From assembly GCA_023261755.1 (NCBI GenBank), contig JAGDXS010000003.1:3153-67152 (forward strand): a stretch of 64,000 nucleotides of DNA, given 5' to 3'. A program made the translations under genes and the position numbers. The notes under the pieces are model-generated. The model had not been told where the DNA came from and made no database searches. It saw only the letters and a list, made by a program, of their open reading frames with translations. Positions 19,311-29,816 of this stretch are shown piece by piece (positions within the stretch are counted from its first letter, which is position 1; each line of letters starts with the position of its first letter). The stretch comes from Thermoplasmata archaeon. GTDB taxonomy: Archaea; Thermoplasmatota; Thermoplasmata; Thermoplasmatales; ARK-15.

Positions 19311-19967
19311 TTATTTAGATTTTTTATATGCTTCCATTACAAATTCAATGAAATTTTCCTCTGGGTATGCTCCAATAAATTGAACATCCTCATTAATTAC
19401 TATATGCGGTACACTTGAAACACCAAACTTATCTGCCCAATCCGGGAATTCAATAGCCTCTATCATTTCACCTGTTATATTCTCATTATATTGCGCAAAT
19501 TTATGAGCTACTCTTACAGCCTTAGGGCAATATGGGCAGGTAGGTGTGACGAAAACCTGTATTTTTATTGGTTTATCAATTTCATCAAGATGTTCCTTCA
19601 CGTGACCATCAAACTGGACCTTCCTCTTTGAAACACTCATGATATCTTCTACCAAGCTTGAGAATTCATATCCAGCTGGTATGCCCACATATCTTATCCT
19701 TGAACCATACTGTTTCCCATCCGTTACAACAGTAGTTGGTGCGTGCTCAATGCCCATTTTCTTTGCCATATCACTGTTAAGATCAAAATTTTCAACTTTT
19801 ATTAAATCTGATAATGATCCTAGTTCCTTAGCAATATCTACAGATTCTTTGCAATATTGACAGGAAGAATCATTGACAGTAAACACATATAAATTAACTT
19901 CTTCTTTAAGATTCTTCTCGAATTCTTCCATCAAATATTTTCTATCCTCTTCACTTATCAGTGCCAT
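19311..19967 (-). CDS. Protein disulfide oxidoreductase / glutaredoxin-like protein with two thioredoxin-fold units
   Basis: Two CxxC centres are present (CQYC and CPYC). The 218-aa length is similar to Pyrococcus PDO. Confidence 0.8.
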   Translation of the reverse strand: MALISEEDRKYLMEEFEKNLKEEVNLYVFTVNDSSCQYCKESVDIAKELGSLSDLIKVENFDLNSDMAKKMGIEHAPTTVVTDGKQYGSRIRYVGIPAGYEFSSLVEDIMSVSKRKVQFDGHVKEHLDEIDKPIKIQVFVTPTCPYCPKAVRVAHKFAQYNENITGEMIEAIEFPDWADKFGVSSVPHIVINEDVQFIGAYPEENFIEFVMEAYKKSK

Positions 19968-20075
19968 TTAAATCACCTTTTTTGTCAAAATCTCTTTTAG
20001 TATATATATCTTTCTTATCTATTCTCAATACATCAAATAGAAACTTTAATTAATGATGTTATGCATTAACCTACT

Positions 20076-21671
20076 ATGGCAGAAAAAATATCGCAAGGCT
20101 ATAAAAAAGATTTAACTTTGTTTAACCTTGTAATGCTGAATTCAATGGGGATGATTGGTTCAGGTTGGCTCTTTGCTTCACTTTATGCATCCTCATATGC
20201 TGGACCTGTTGGTGCAATTTTTGCATGGATAATAGCTGGAGTAATAGTAATACTAATGGCTCTTACATTTATGGAAGTATCGGCTGCTTTCCCTCTTGCA
20301 GGTGGATCAACGCCTATCGGTGAGTTCTCTCACGGTAAGCTTGTGGGCTTTGTTGCAGGTTGGGGAGCTTGGCTATCTGATTTAATGACACCACCAATAG
20401 AAGCAATAGCAATAGTAACATATTCATCCTTTTTTATAAAAGGAATTATATCATCTTCAGGAACTCTTTTGCCTTTAGGATATTTGATAGCAATCATTGC
20501 TCTAATAATAATGCTGATAATCAATTTACAAGCAGTTAAAATTTTTGGAAACATAACAAGTGGAATAATGATTTGGAAATGGGTTATTCCAGCTCTTACA
20601 GCAATAACACTTATAACACTTGCTTTCCATCCAGATAATTTTTCGGCATACGGAACGTTTTACCAAGGTTATTCAGGTATATTCTATGCCATGGTGCTTG
20701 GAGGTATAATATTTTCATTTGAAGGTTACAGAGGAGCAATAAATATGGCTGCTGAATCAAAACATAAGGATTACATATGGAAATCAGTAATAATTGCAAT
20801 TATAGCTGTTTTAGGCTTTTATTTGTTGTTGCAGGTATCATTTATAGGTGCATTGAATTGGTCAAATGCAGGTATTACACCCGGAAACTGGAATGCTTTA
20901 AGGAATTCTTCCTTACTTAGCGGACCTTTTGCTCAGGAAGCTGCAGCAGTGGGTCTTGGCTGGCTTGTGGTTATTTTGCTCATTGATGCAATTATATCGC
21001 CAGCTGGTGCAGGTATAAGTTATATGGCCTATCCAGCTAGGATATTCCAATCAATGGCAGAATTTGGTTATGCACCAAAATATTTTCAGAAACTTCATGA
21101 AAAGACAAGGATACCCGCTAGAGCTCTTGTTCTTAATTTCATTGTTGGTTTATTCTTCATCTATGAATTCCCGGGATGGAGTCTTCTTGTTGGAATATTG
21201 ACATCTACACTCGTAATTGCCTATGTTATAGGGCCTGCATCTGTAAATATTCTTAGAAAGACTGCACCAAATTTAGAGAGACCATTCACACTTAAAGGAT
21301 CAAAGATTATTGCTCCAATAGCTTTCATATTTACATTTATGATCATCTACTGGTCAGGATGGCCACTCTCAGGTGAAGTTGTAGTCGCTGTACTAGGTGG
21401 CTTAATAATGTTTGCTTATTTCTACCATAAAAATAAGTTTTCTTTCGATGAAATTAAATCTGGATTGTGGATCATTGTTCTTTTGATTTTTGTTGCAGTA
21501 TTTTCATACATTGGGCCTAGTCAGTATGGAGGTATTAACATAGTTCCTTTTCCTTGGGATTTTATCGTCCTTGGAATATTTTCTTTAATCATCTATTTCT
21601 GGTCCCAGGTATCTGGTAGAAAAACAAAGTCCTTGGAAAATTATCTCGAATCCTTGCATCAAGAAAAATAA
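20076..21671 (+). CDS. APC-superfamily amino acid/polyamine permease
   Basis: It has about 12-14 TM segments and the N-terminal motif typical of the family (GSGWLF...). Confidence 0.75.
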   Translation: MAEKISQGYKKDLTLFNLVMLNSMGMIGSGWLFASLYASSYAGPVGAIFAWIIAGVIVILMALTFMEVSAAFPLAGGSTPIGEFSHGKLVGFVAGWGAWLSDLMTPPIEAIAIVTYSSFFIKGIISSSGTLLPLGYLIAIIALIIMLIINLQAVKIFGNITSGIMIWKWVIPALTAITLITLAFHPDNFSAYGTFYQGYSGIFYAMVLGGIIFSFEGYRGAINMAAESKHKDYIWKSVIIAIIAVLGFYLLLQVSFIGALNWSNAGITPGNWNALRNSSLLSGPFAQEAAAVGLGWLVVILLIDAIISPAGAGISYMAYPARIFQSMAEFGYAPKYFQKLHEKTRIPARALVLNFIVGLFFIYEFPGWSLLVGILTSTLVIAYVIGPASVNILRKTAPNLERPFTLKGSKIIAPIAFIFTFMIIYWSGWPLSGEVVVAVLGGLIMFAYFYHKNKFSFDEIKSGLWIIVLLIFVAVFSYIGPSQYGGINIVPFPWDFIVLGIFSLIIYFWSQVSGRKTKSLENYLESLHQEK

Positions 21672-21684
21672 ATTTTTTATTTTT

Positions 21685-22536
21685 TTATATTATCTGTTTC
21701 AATATAATTAGGAGAAAAAGAACAGCTAGATAAGGTGAAGTTGTTTTAAAAATAATAAATGATAATTTTTCATTAGGCTTTATTAACAATTTTATAACAA
21801 GGTAAAGGATTAAAATATTTGCAATCAACATTATGAAAAACAAATAGATTGAAAGTACATAAAAAATGTAGAGTGAAAATATCATAAGTAATATTGTTGA
21901 TATGGCAATTATTCTGATTGTAAATTTGATGCCTTTTTTCACAGGTAGCATGGGTACATTTGCCCTTTTGTAATCTGAGCTGTATCTTATTGCAAGACTC
22001 CATATATGAATAGGTGTCCATACCACTATTGTGAGCATTAATATGAATGGTGTTAATGAAAAAAATGATTTTGTCATCGCTGACCATATTACCATGACGG
22101 GAGCTCCTCCTGCAAATGATCCTATAATTATGTTCCACGGTGTTTTCCTTTTTGTGAGATAATTATATAAAATAGGATCAAAAATAATACCAAAAATTAA
22201 CCATAAAATAGAATAAAAAAGTGAGAAATATAAAAATCCTACAACACCTATGATTATTAGGACTACACCAAAATAGATAGCTTTCTCGGGGGGATATATC
22301 CTTTTACTTGGTATTGGCCTGTTCTTTGTTCTTTCCATTATAGCATCTATATCCCTATCTATGTAGTTTGTAATTGAATTTGTTCCCATCACTGCAAAAA
22401 AAAGGAATAAGATGGAATAAAAATATATAAAATTAAATGGATGTGTTAAAAGTGCTCCGCCTGCAGCACCACCAAAAACAAGTAAAAGTGTTTCTTTGTA
22501 TTTTCCCAGGTCAAGGTAATTTTTAATGGTGCTCAT
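21685..22536 (-). CDS. ctaB: Protoheme IX farnesyltransferase (heme O synthase), UbiA family
   Basis: It carries the motif NYIDRDIDAIMERTKNRPIPS (the N..D..D..M.RT..RP pattern) and is polytopic. Confidence 0.75.
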   Translation of the reverse strand: MSTIKNYLDLGKYKETLLLVFGGAAGGALLTHPFNFIYFYSILFLFFAVMGTNSITNYIDRDIDAIMERTKNRPIPSKRIYPPEKAIYFGVVLIIIGVVGFLYFSLFYSILWLIFGIIFDPILYNYLTKRKTPWNIIIGSFAGGAPVMVIWSAMTKSFFSLTPFILMLTIVVWTPIHIWSLAIRYSSDYKRANVPMLPVKKGIKFTIRIIAISTILLMIFSLYIFYVLSIYLFFIMLIANILILYLVIKLLIKPNEKLSFIIFKTTSPYLAVLFLLIILKQII

Positions 22537-22615
22537 AGATTCCTTAATTTTACCCTCATATTTAATTTTAGTGAATTTTGGGGAATTATTTTTCTCATAG
22601 ATTGAATTTACATTT

Positions 22616-23290
22616 ATGGAAAAAATATTTTCAATTGAAGGTAATTTAGCGAAATACCATTTTTTAAACAGACCTAACAGATTTGTTATTGAAACAAAAG
22701 AAGGAAAATTGTGCCATGTTCATGATCCTGGACGTCTAAAAGAGCTCCTTATTCCAGATGCTGAATTATTGGCATTGAATAAAAATTCTGGGTTAAAATG
22801 CGAAATTTTATCTGTTATTAATGGAAAAGAAAATGTTTTTATTAATACTAAATACCATTCTTCCATTGCTGAATCTTTAATTTTGCACAGTTTATTAGAA
22901 AAAAATTTTAAAATAAAGAGAAGAGAAGTTAAGTACGGTAAAAGTAGGTTGGATTTTCTATTGGATAACAATGCCAAAGATTATTTTCTAGAAGTAAAAG
23001 GATGCACTTTGCTAGATGGAAAAATTGCAAAATTTCCTGATGCACCAACATTAAGAGGAACTAAACATGTGAATGATCTAATTGAAATCAAGAAATCAGG
23101 TTCAGAAGCCGGAATACTTTTTTTAATATTCAGAGATGCTGAGTATTTTTCTCCCAATAGAAAAACTGATAAAAATTTTTCAACATACCTTGAAAGAGCT
23201 TTGGATTTAGGTATAGATGTTTTTCCAGTAAAACTGACCTTCAATGGCAGAGACATTTTTTATAATGGTGTTGCAAAACTAAAATTATAA
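22616..23290 (+). CDS. sfsA: SfsA-family (sugar fermentation stimulation protein homolog) nuclease-fold protein
   Basis: Motifs LNRPNRFV, HVHDPGRLKELL, SRLDFLL and EVKGCTL match the family. Confidence 0.8.
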   Translation: MEKIFSIEGNLAKYHFLNRPNRFVIETKEGKLCHVHDPGRLKELLIPDAELLALNKNSGLKCEILSVINGKENVFINTKYHSSIAESLILHSLLEKNFKIKRREVKYGKSRLDFLLDNNAKDYFLEVKGCTLLDGKIAKFPDAPTLRGTKHVNDLIEIKKSGSEAGILFLIFRDAEYFSPNRKTDKNFSTYLERALDLGIDVFPVKLTFNGRDIFYNGVAKLKL

Positions 23291-23363
23291 TGGACCGGCG
23301 GGGATTTGAACCCCGGGCCTCTTCCATGCCAAGGAAGCGATCTACCAACTGATCTACCGGCCC
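23291..23363 (-). tRNA. tRNA-Ala (anticodon GGC)
   Basis: The reverse complement reads GGGCCGG TA GATC AGTTGGTA GATC G CTTCC TTGGCAT GGAAG AGGCC CGGGG TTCAAAT CCCCG CCGGTCC A. The G3:U70 alanine identity pair is present. Confidence 0.9.
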
Positions 23364-23387
23364 TTAAGCGTAAATGTAATTATCCTG

Positions 23388-23400
23388 ATATATTTAAATA
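23388..23400 (-). promoter_or_regulatory. TATA-box-like element for tRNA-Ala
   Basis: The minus strand reads TATTTAAATATAT about 24 nt upstream of the tRNA 5' end. Confidence 0.4.
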
Positions 23401-23431
23401 TTGTTGGATTATAAATTCAAAGGTTATTTTA

Positions 23432-24172
23432 TTATTTTTCCAGAAATTCAAATTTCTTTAACGAACATGCTGGGCAATCATTTTGCTTTTCAATTTTTAA
23501 TTTTTCAAGATTAATGTTCCAACCATCAAAATAATATATTGAACTTTCCACTTCATACCCAAGAAGAATTTTATAGGCGAGAGATACTGCAATAGATGCA
23601 ATTGCAGAAGGTATGGAATTCATTATTCCTAGAACAGAAGTTGAAAATTCATTTTTTGGAGGGTTTTTCATTAAACATCTTAAACATGCTGTTTTGCCTG
23701 GTATTATTGGCATAACCATTCCATAAGTGGCAAGAACACCAGAATATACCCATGGCTTTCCGTGCTTAACACATGCATCATTAATTATATACCTTGTTAG
23801 AAAATTGTCTGTTCCATCCATTACAATATCAACTTTTTTTACATAATCCTCAATGTTTTTATTATCAATTCTTTCATTAATTGGAATAATTTTCACATCT
23901 GAATTAAGGTTTTTTAAATATTCATAGGCAGCTTCAATTTTTTCCCTACCAATATCTTTTTCACTAAAAAGAAGCTGCCTGTGTATATTTGATAAGGAAA
24001 CACTATCGAAATCAGAAATGAACAATTCACCTATTCCACCCCTAACAAGAAGCTGTGAAACAAGTCCACCTGTGCCTCCTACACCTATAACCAGTGCCTT
24101 CTTTTCCATTAACTTTTTCTGCCCTTCATTTCCAAATTTGTCAAGCAATATTTGCCTAGAATATTTTTCCAT
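23432..24172 (-). CDS. ThiF/MoeB/HesA-family E1-like adenylyltransferase (UbaA-like)
   Basis: It has the nucleotide-binding loop GVGGTGG and two CxxC pairs (CLRC and CPAC). Confidence 0.75.
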   Translation of the reverse strand: MEKYSRQILLDKFGNEGQKKLMEKKALVIGVGGTGGLVSQLLVRGGIGELFISDFDSVSLSNIHRQLLFSEKDIGREKIEAAYEYLKNLNSDVKIIPINERIDNKNIEDYVKKVDIVMDGTDNFLTRYIINDACVKHGKPWVYSGVLATYGMVMPIIPGKTACLRCLMKNPPKNEFSTSVLGIMNSIPSAIASIAVSLAYKILLGYEVESSIYYFDGWNINLEKLKIEKQNDCPACSLKKFEFLEK

Positions 24173-24230
24173 ATGAATAGATAATTTTACTTTATGAAAA
24201 ACTTTTTCTTATAGAATTGATTGATAAAAT

Positions 24231-25388
24231 GTGGACCCTGATCTATGTATAAGGTGCAGAGGCATTAAAAACCTGTGCGGTTTAAAATCTTGTCCTTTGC
24301 TAAAATATACAAGTATATTTCCAAGGGCAAGTGACCTTTATACAGGTATTTCTCCACCTGACATATTTATTGGTAGATTTAATTATCCCAAGGTTATGGT
24401 CTCCACTTTATCATCAAACATAAATGTTCCAGAAAAACTTTATCCATTAAATCTTGATGATATAATAAAATACAGAACTTCATTGTACAGAGTAGGGAAC
24501 GTTCAAAGGATTGATAAACATTCAAAAATGGTTGAGAAGATTATGGAAATTTCTCTCTCAATTTCTTCTTTAGATATAAATGCTGAAATTCACAAAATAG
24601 ATTTGTCTCTTGACATAAATCATATATCAACACCTATGGGCCCAAAAATAATTGCAGCAAAGATAGATATTCTAAATGAACCTAAAATACCAAATAGAAT
24701 AGAAAATATATACGATGATTATGATATAAATGCAATGAATGCCATATGGGAAATATACACCCATGGGTATTCAAATGAATACATAACAAGGTTGTTGAGT
24801 GGTGGCACTTTAGGTAAAAAAACGGAAAGAAAATTAGTACCAACGAGATGGGCCATTACTGCAGTTGATGATATTTTGGGAAAAATGCTCATAGAAAAAA
24901 TTAAAAATTACGATCAATTGGATACTATCATGTTAGCTGAAAATTCTTACATGTGGAATAATTTTCTTATTATATTTTTGCCTGGCCCTTGGTCATTTGA
25001 AATGATAGAAAATTGGTATGGTAAAAATTATTTTAATATTAATGTTGAAAAAAGTAGTGATTATGAAAAATTTGAAGGAAGAAAAAGATATGCTGATGTG
25101 GTTGGTGGGGCATATTATGCAGCAAGGCTTGCTGTTCTGGAATATTTAAATAAAATGCAAAAACAGGCTTCAGTGATCGTTTACAGGACTATTGAAAGTG
25201 ATTATAAAATACCACTTGGAGTCTGGGTAATTAGAGAAACTGTAAGGGATGCATTGAAAAAAACAATTATTTTAAATGAAAAAAACATAAAGGAATTGAA
25301 CATTAATATGAATGTGAAAAATATTCTATTGAGATCAAAAACGGCAAAAAATATCTATTTCCAGAGGAGAATAGATTCTTATGAATGA
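24231..25388 (+). CDS. Nre-family archaeal DNA repair protein (DUF650/DUF651-like)
   Basis: The N-terminal Cys cluster is LCIRCRGIKNLCGLKSCPLL. The C-terminus is PIP-box-like (QRRIDSYE). It overlaps the PolD small subunit gene by 8 nt. The family was recalled from memory, not searched. Confidence 0.55.
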   Translation: MDPDLCIRCRGIKNLCGLKSCPLLKYTSIFPRASDLYTGISPPDIFIGRFNYPKVMVSTLSSNINVPEKLYPLNLDDIIKYRTSLYRVGNVQRIDKHSKMVEKIMEISLSISSLDINAEIHKIDLSLDINHISTPMGPKIIAAKIDILNEPKIPNRIENIYDDYDINAMNAIWEIYTHGYSNEYITRLLSGGTLGKKTERKLVPTRWAITAVDDILGKMLIEKIKNYDQLDTIMLAENSYMWNNFLIIFLPGPWSFEMIENWYGKNYFNINVEKSSDYEKFEGRKRYADVVGGAYYAARLAVLEYLNKMQKQASVIVYRTIESDYKIPLGVWVIRETVRDALKKTIILNEKNIKELNINMNVKNILLRSKTAKNIYFQRRIDSYE

Positions 25389-26700
25389 AAAAAAACAAAT
25401 TCTAGAACTTCTATGGAAAAATGGAATAATTGCCACACCGTCTGACGTTGACAAAATAATAAAAAATGGCGGTGTTAGTTATGCACTTGAGATGCTCACA
25501 AAGAAAAATAATAATGAAAAAAATTATGAAATTTTAAAGAGTAGGGATGTTTTTGATGCAACTGCAGGAAAAGTTGAAAGCTTTAAAAAACTATTCCAGG
25601 ACAGATACAGCAAAATTAGAAAAATATTGCAATCAAGGGTATCTATTTCTTCTGTGGTGGACATAGAATATGCTAAAAAAAATGAGGGGGATGTAACAAT
25701 AATAGGTATGATCCTTGATAAAAGGGAATCAAAATTCGGTTATATTTTTGAAATAGAGGATCTATCAGGCAGCATTGTAGCCTTTTCAGATCAAAATGTG
25801 GGAAAGGAAATACTTCCAGATGATATAATAGGGATTAAGGGATATGTGAAAAATGGTAAATTAACAATAAAAGAGATAACATATCCAGGCATAGATAACA
25901 TTAACAAAAAAGAGAAAATTGTTGAAAGTGAAAATGGAATTGTTTTCTTATCTGACATTCATGTTGGAAGTAAAATGTTCATGAAAGAGAATTTTTTGAG
26001 GTTTCTTGATTGGATAAATTCTGGTAAGGATCATGCTAAAAAGATCAAGTACATGGTTATAGCTGGAGATCTAGTTGATGGAATTGGAATTTATCCTAAC
26101 CAGGAAAAGGATCTTGAACTTGATGATATTTATGACCAATACAACTATCTTGCGAATTTAATCTCCAAAATAAGAGATGATATTACTATTTTTATGATAC
26201 CCGGCAACCACGATCTTGTTAGGGTAGCTGAGCCTCAGCCAGCATTAGGCAATGATATAAGATCTATGTTCACTAATAATGTAATTTTTCTTTCTAATCC
26301 ATCATACATATCAATAGAAGGTTTGAAAATTTTGATTTATCATGGCTCTAGCTTAAACGATGTCATTGATCTTATTAAAGGCATGAAGCTGGAAATGGCA
26401 GATAGGTTAATGATTGAACTAGTTAAGAGAAGGCATTTGGCACCTTTTTATGGAAAAAACGTGCCAATAGTACCGCTCAATGATGATTTCATGGTCATGG
26501 ATGAAATTCCGGATATTTTCGTGACCGGGCATATCCACGTGCACAAGGAATTCAATTATTATGGTATTTTACTCTTAAATGCATCAACTTGGCAGAAACA
26601 AACTGAATATCAAAAAATGCATAATTTTAATCCTAATCCTTGCATTGTAAGCATTAAATATCTAAATAAGCAGGGCTTTGTAAATTTAGAATTTAAATAG
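25381..26700 (+). CDS. dp1: DNA polymerase D (Pol II) small subunit DP1, Mre11-like phosphoesterase/exonuclease
   Basis: It has an OB-like middle region followed by the motifs FLSDIHVGS, AGDLVDGIG, PGNHD, YHGSS and GHIHV. Confidence 0.85.
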   Translation: MNEKKQILELLWKNGIIATPSDVDKIIKNGGVSYALEMLTKKNNNEKNYEILKSRDVFDATAGKVESFKKLFQDRYSKIRKILQSRVSISSVVDIEYAKKNEGDVTIIGMILDKRESKFGYIFEIEDLSGSIVAFSDQNVGKEILPDDIIGIKGYVKNGKLTIKEITYPGIDNINKKEKIVESENGIVFLSDIHVGSKMFMKENFLRFLDWINSGKDHAKKIKYMVIAGDLVDGIGIYPNQEKDLELDDIYDQYNYLANLISKIRDDITIFMIPGNHDLVRVAEPQPALGNDIRSMFTNNVIFLSNPSYISIEGLKILIYHGSSLNDVIDLIKGMKLEMADRLMIELVKRRHLAPFYGKNVPIVPLNDDFMVMDEIPDIFVTGHIHVHKEFNYYGILLLNASTWQKQTEYQKMHNFNPNPCIVSIKYLNKQGFVNLEFK

Positions 26701-27607
26701 GAACGAGCATTTCCATTAAATCCTTTGCAAGAATGGTATTTTTAAAAATTTTTTTTGCTTCCTCTTCAAGTATTTTTAGATCGCTTGACCTGTACCTTGG
26801 ACTTATATGAGTGAGCAATAAGTTTTCTGCATCCGCTTTTTTAGCTATTTCCGCCGCTTGCCTTGATGACGAATGACCGTATTCGTTTGCCTTTTCCTCA
26901 AGAGATGAATCCACTGTGGATTCATGTATGAGGTACTTGGCATTCTTAGCGAGATCTACTATGCACTGGCATGGAGCAGTATCACCTGTATAAACAATTT
27001 TTCTTCCTACCCTTGTTCCATCTGAAATATCGTCTATGGTAATTTTAGCATCGTTTTTAGCTATGAACCCTTTTTTTATTATTGTATCCACATCCCTACT
27101 GTTTAAAGAATATTTTTCCATGAGTTCTTGAGATATTCTTTTCTTATCCTTCTCTTTGATAGAATATGCTAAATTTGTAACGGGATGTATAGTCTTAACT
27201 GCAGAAACAATATAATCTCCAAAATCAATTGTTTCACCACTTTTAATTTCCCTTATTGAAATTGGAAATGAAAGTGAGTAATAGCCCAAATTAAGAAAAT
27301 TTGATATCTGCTTTATGGAATCTTCAGGACCATATATTTCAAGTTTTTCTTTCCTTTCATTGAGAACCATTGTTTGGATCAGGCCTGCAAGTCCAAGGAA
27401 ATGGTCTCCGTGAAAATGTGTAATGAATATTTTTGATATTTTCATAAAACTAATACTTGTAAACATCATTTGCCTTTGTGTACCTTCACCCACGTCAAAT
27501 AAAAGAACTTCTCTATCAAGTTGAATACCAACTGAAGGTAAATTCCTTTCAGGGCTGGGCCATGATCCTCCAGTCCCGAAAAAAACTATCTTAACTGTTG
27601 ATATCAT
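26693..27607 (-). CDS. rnz: Ribonuclease Z (tRNA 3' endonuclease)
   Basis: It has the metallo-beta-lactamase motif ITHFHGDH and a C-terminal HIS motif (LLLTHISPRY). Confidence 0.85.
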   Translation of the reverse strand: MISTVKIVFFGTGGSWPSPERNLPSVGIQLDREVLLFDVGEGTQRQMMFTSISFMKISKIFITHFHGDHFLGLAGLIQTMVLNERKEKLEIYGPEDSIKQISNFLNLGYYSLSFPISIREIKSGETIDFGDYIVSAVKTIHPVTNLAYSIKEKDKKRISQELMEKYSLNSRDVDTIIKKGFIAKNDAKITIDDISDGTRVGRKIVYTGDTAPCQCIVDLAKNAKYLIHESTVDSSLEEKANEYGHSSSRQAAEIAKKADAENLLLTHISPRYRSSDLKILEEEAKKIFKNTILAKDLMEMLVPI

Positions 27608-28272
27608 TTTTCTTTCACAACTGTACCTTTGAATTTTTCTCCCCTTATTGCCTTTTTAAAATTTTCTATATCTAGGCCATTTATGACATCTATTTCTATA
27701 TTACTTCTTTCAGCAATTTTTATTGAAAGAAAATCAAGGACTTGATTGGGTCCAGCGCTAGATAAATTTTTCATAAAAATTGTAAGCAAATCAGTGTATG
27801 ATATATTTTCAAATAGCTTTGCATCTTTGTATTTTTTTGGATCCCTGTCGTATATGCCATCTACAGTTGTTGCATTAATTACCTTTTTTGAATTTAGCAT
27901 TTCTGCTGTCAATAAGGCTACAGCATCTGTAGTATGACCTGGATGCGTGCCACCAGTTATTGCCACATTGAAATTATCAATTTCATCTATGGAATTTAAA
28001 AATTTTACTCCATCAATGCCTGCAAAGAATGATTTAAGTAAAAGTGCATTTACTCTCGTTATTTCTATTCCTATTTTGTCCAAAAAAAATTCATTCTCAC
28101 CATTTTCCCTGGCAATGGAAATGTAATCTCTTGCAATTTTTCCTCCACCTACTACTATAACGAAATGGTAATCCTTCATGAGAGAACTTATCATTTTTGA
28201 AAAATTCTCAAGGTACTCTTTATTATGAATATTCACTAGTGATCCTCCCATTGAAATTATTATATTTTTCAT
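27604..28272 (-). CDS. pyrH: UMP kinase, archaeal type
   Basis: Motifs MKNIIISMGGS, VVGGG and TTDAVA are present. I prefer the ATG at 28272 over 28305. Confidence 0.8.
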   Translation of the reverse strand: MKNIIISMGGSLVNIHNKEYLENFSKMISSLMKDYHFVIVVGGGKIARDYISIARENGENEFFLDKIGIEITRVNALLLKSFFAGIDGVKFLNSIDEIDNFNVAITGGTHPGHTTDAVALLTAEMLNSKKVINATTVDGIYDRDPKKYKDAKLFENISYTDLLTIFMKNLSSAGPNQVLDFLSIKIAERSNIEIDVINGLDIENFKKAIRGEKFKGTVVKEK

Positions 28273-28335
28273 GATTACCTTATATAGGTGAAGTGTTTTA
28301 TACATTAAAAAAATTTCGGAAGTGTGTGTTTGAAA

Positions 28336-29556
28336 ATGGAAAGTAAAAATGTATACGATTTCAAAAGGGATCTGGAAGAACTTTCCAAGTACGAGGGAAA
28401 AGGAACGGAGCTCATTTCACTTTATATCCCACCAAAAAGACCAATATCTGATGTAATAGCATATTTGAGGGATGAATATTCAACATCTTCAAACATAAAA
28501 AGTAAAACCACAAGGAAAAATGTAATGAGCGCCATAGAATCAATGATGAGCAGGCTGAAAATATATAAAATGCCTCCAGAAAATGGCCTGGCACTTTTTA
28601 TAGGTCATGTACCAACTAGAGGGGATCAAACTGAAATGGTTACATATATTATAGAGCCACCAGAACCTATTCAATCAATGTTGTACAGATGTGATTCTAA
28701 ATTTTATTTGGAACCATTATATGCAATGTTAGGCGAAAAGGATGTATACGGCCTTATAGTTATTGATAGAAGTGAAGCAACAATAGGCTTTTTAAGAGGA
28801 ACAAGAATTGAAGTTGTAAAAAATGTTCAATCACAAGTTCCGAGCAAGCACCACCAGGGTGGGCAATCATCGCGAAGGTTTGAAAGGTTGATAGAAATTG
28901 CAGCACATGAATTCTTTGTGAAGGTGGGTGAAATAGCAAACGAGGCTTTTCTAAACGAGAAAAATTTAAAAGGTATATTAATAGGTGGCCCAGGTGCAAC
29001 AAAGGAATTTTTTGCTGAAAAGGATTACTTGCACCATGAGCTTAAGAAGAAAATTATAGATTTATTTGACACAGGTTATACGGATGAATATGGTCTTAGA
29101 GAACTTGTGGAAAAGGCATCCCAGGTCCTTGAGGATTTAGAAATTGCACAGGAGAAAAAGGTAATAAACAGATTTTTAAGCGAGGTAAGAAAACCTGATA
29201 GTTCTCTTGCAGTATACGGTGAAAAACAGGTAATTGATGCCTTAAAAAATAATCAGGTTGATACTCTAATAATTTCAGAAGCACTTAGAAAATACAAGAT
29301 CATATGGGAATGCCCAAACTGTAAACAAAGATTGGAAGAAATTGTAACTGGAAATATACCTGAAAAATATTGCCCTACTTGTAATATACCTATGAATGTA
29401 GTTGAAAAAGTGGATATAATAGATGAATATTTTAACTTAGCAGAACAGTCCAATTCAAAGGTATATCTTGTCTCGGATGAGAGTGAAGAGGGAAAATTAT
29501 TTCTGAAAGGATTTGGTGGAATAGGTGCAATATTAAGGTACAGAAAAAAAGAATAA
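28336..29556 (+). CDS. prf1: Peptide chain release factor aRF1
   Basis: The NIKS motif (SSNIKSK), YxCxxxF (YRCDSKF) and GGQ (HHQGGQSS) are all present. A C-terminal zinc ribbon reads CPNC...CPTC. Confidence 0.9.
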   Translation: MESKNVYDFKRDLEELSKYEGKGTELISLYIPPKRPISDVIAYLRDEYSTSSNIKSKTTRKNVMSAIESMMSRLKIYKMPPENGLALFIGHVPTRGDQTEMVTYIIEPPEPIQSMLYRCDSKFYLEPLYAMLGEKDVYGLIVIDRSEATIGFLRGTRIEVVKNVQSQVPSKHHQGGQSSRRFERLIEIAAHEFFVKVGEIANEAFLNEKNLKGILIGGPGATKEFFAEKDYLHHELKKKIIDLFDTGYTDEYGLRELVEKASQVLEDLEIAQEKKVINRFLSEVRKPDSSLAVYGEKQVIDALKNNQVDTLIISEALRKYKIIWECPNCKQRLEEIVTGNIPEKYCPTCNIPMNVVEKVDIIDEYFNLAEQSNSKVYLVSDESEEGKLFLKGFGGIGAILRYRKKE

Positions 29557-29560
29557 AAGT

Positions 29561-29800
29561 TTATTTGAGTTCGAGGACAACCACATCCTTTACGGATTTC
29601 ATGCTCTTAAAGGGAAGTATTAGCCTTCCCTGAGCATCAGTTTGATAACCTCTTACCTCAAGATCTTCTGATGGAACAACTAGAAGGTGTTGAATTTCAC
29701 CTGAATCTGTATTTATTACGAAATTATCTAGTGTTCCTAGAATCATACCGTCCGCGGACATTACCGTTTTACCACGAAGTTCTGTAATGAATTTTCTCAT
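29561..29800 (-). CDS. PRC-barrel domain protein
   Basis: It is 79 aa, with the LRGKTVMSADGMILGTLDNFVINTDSGEI pattern. Confidence 0.6.
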   Translation of the reverse strand: MRKFITELRGKTVMSADGMILGTLDNFVINTDSGEIQHLLVVPSEDLEVRGYQTDAQGRLILPFKSMKSVKDVVVLELK

Positions 29801-29816
29801 TATTTACACCTCCAAT

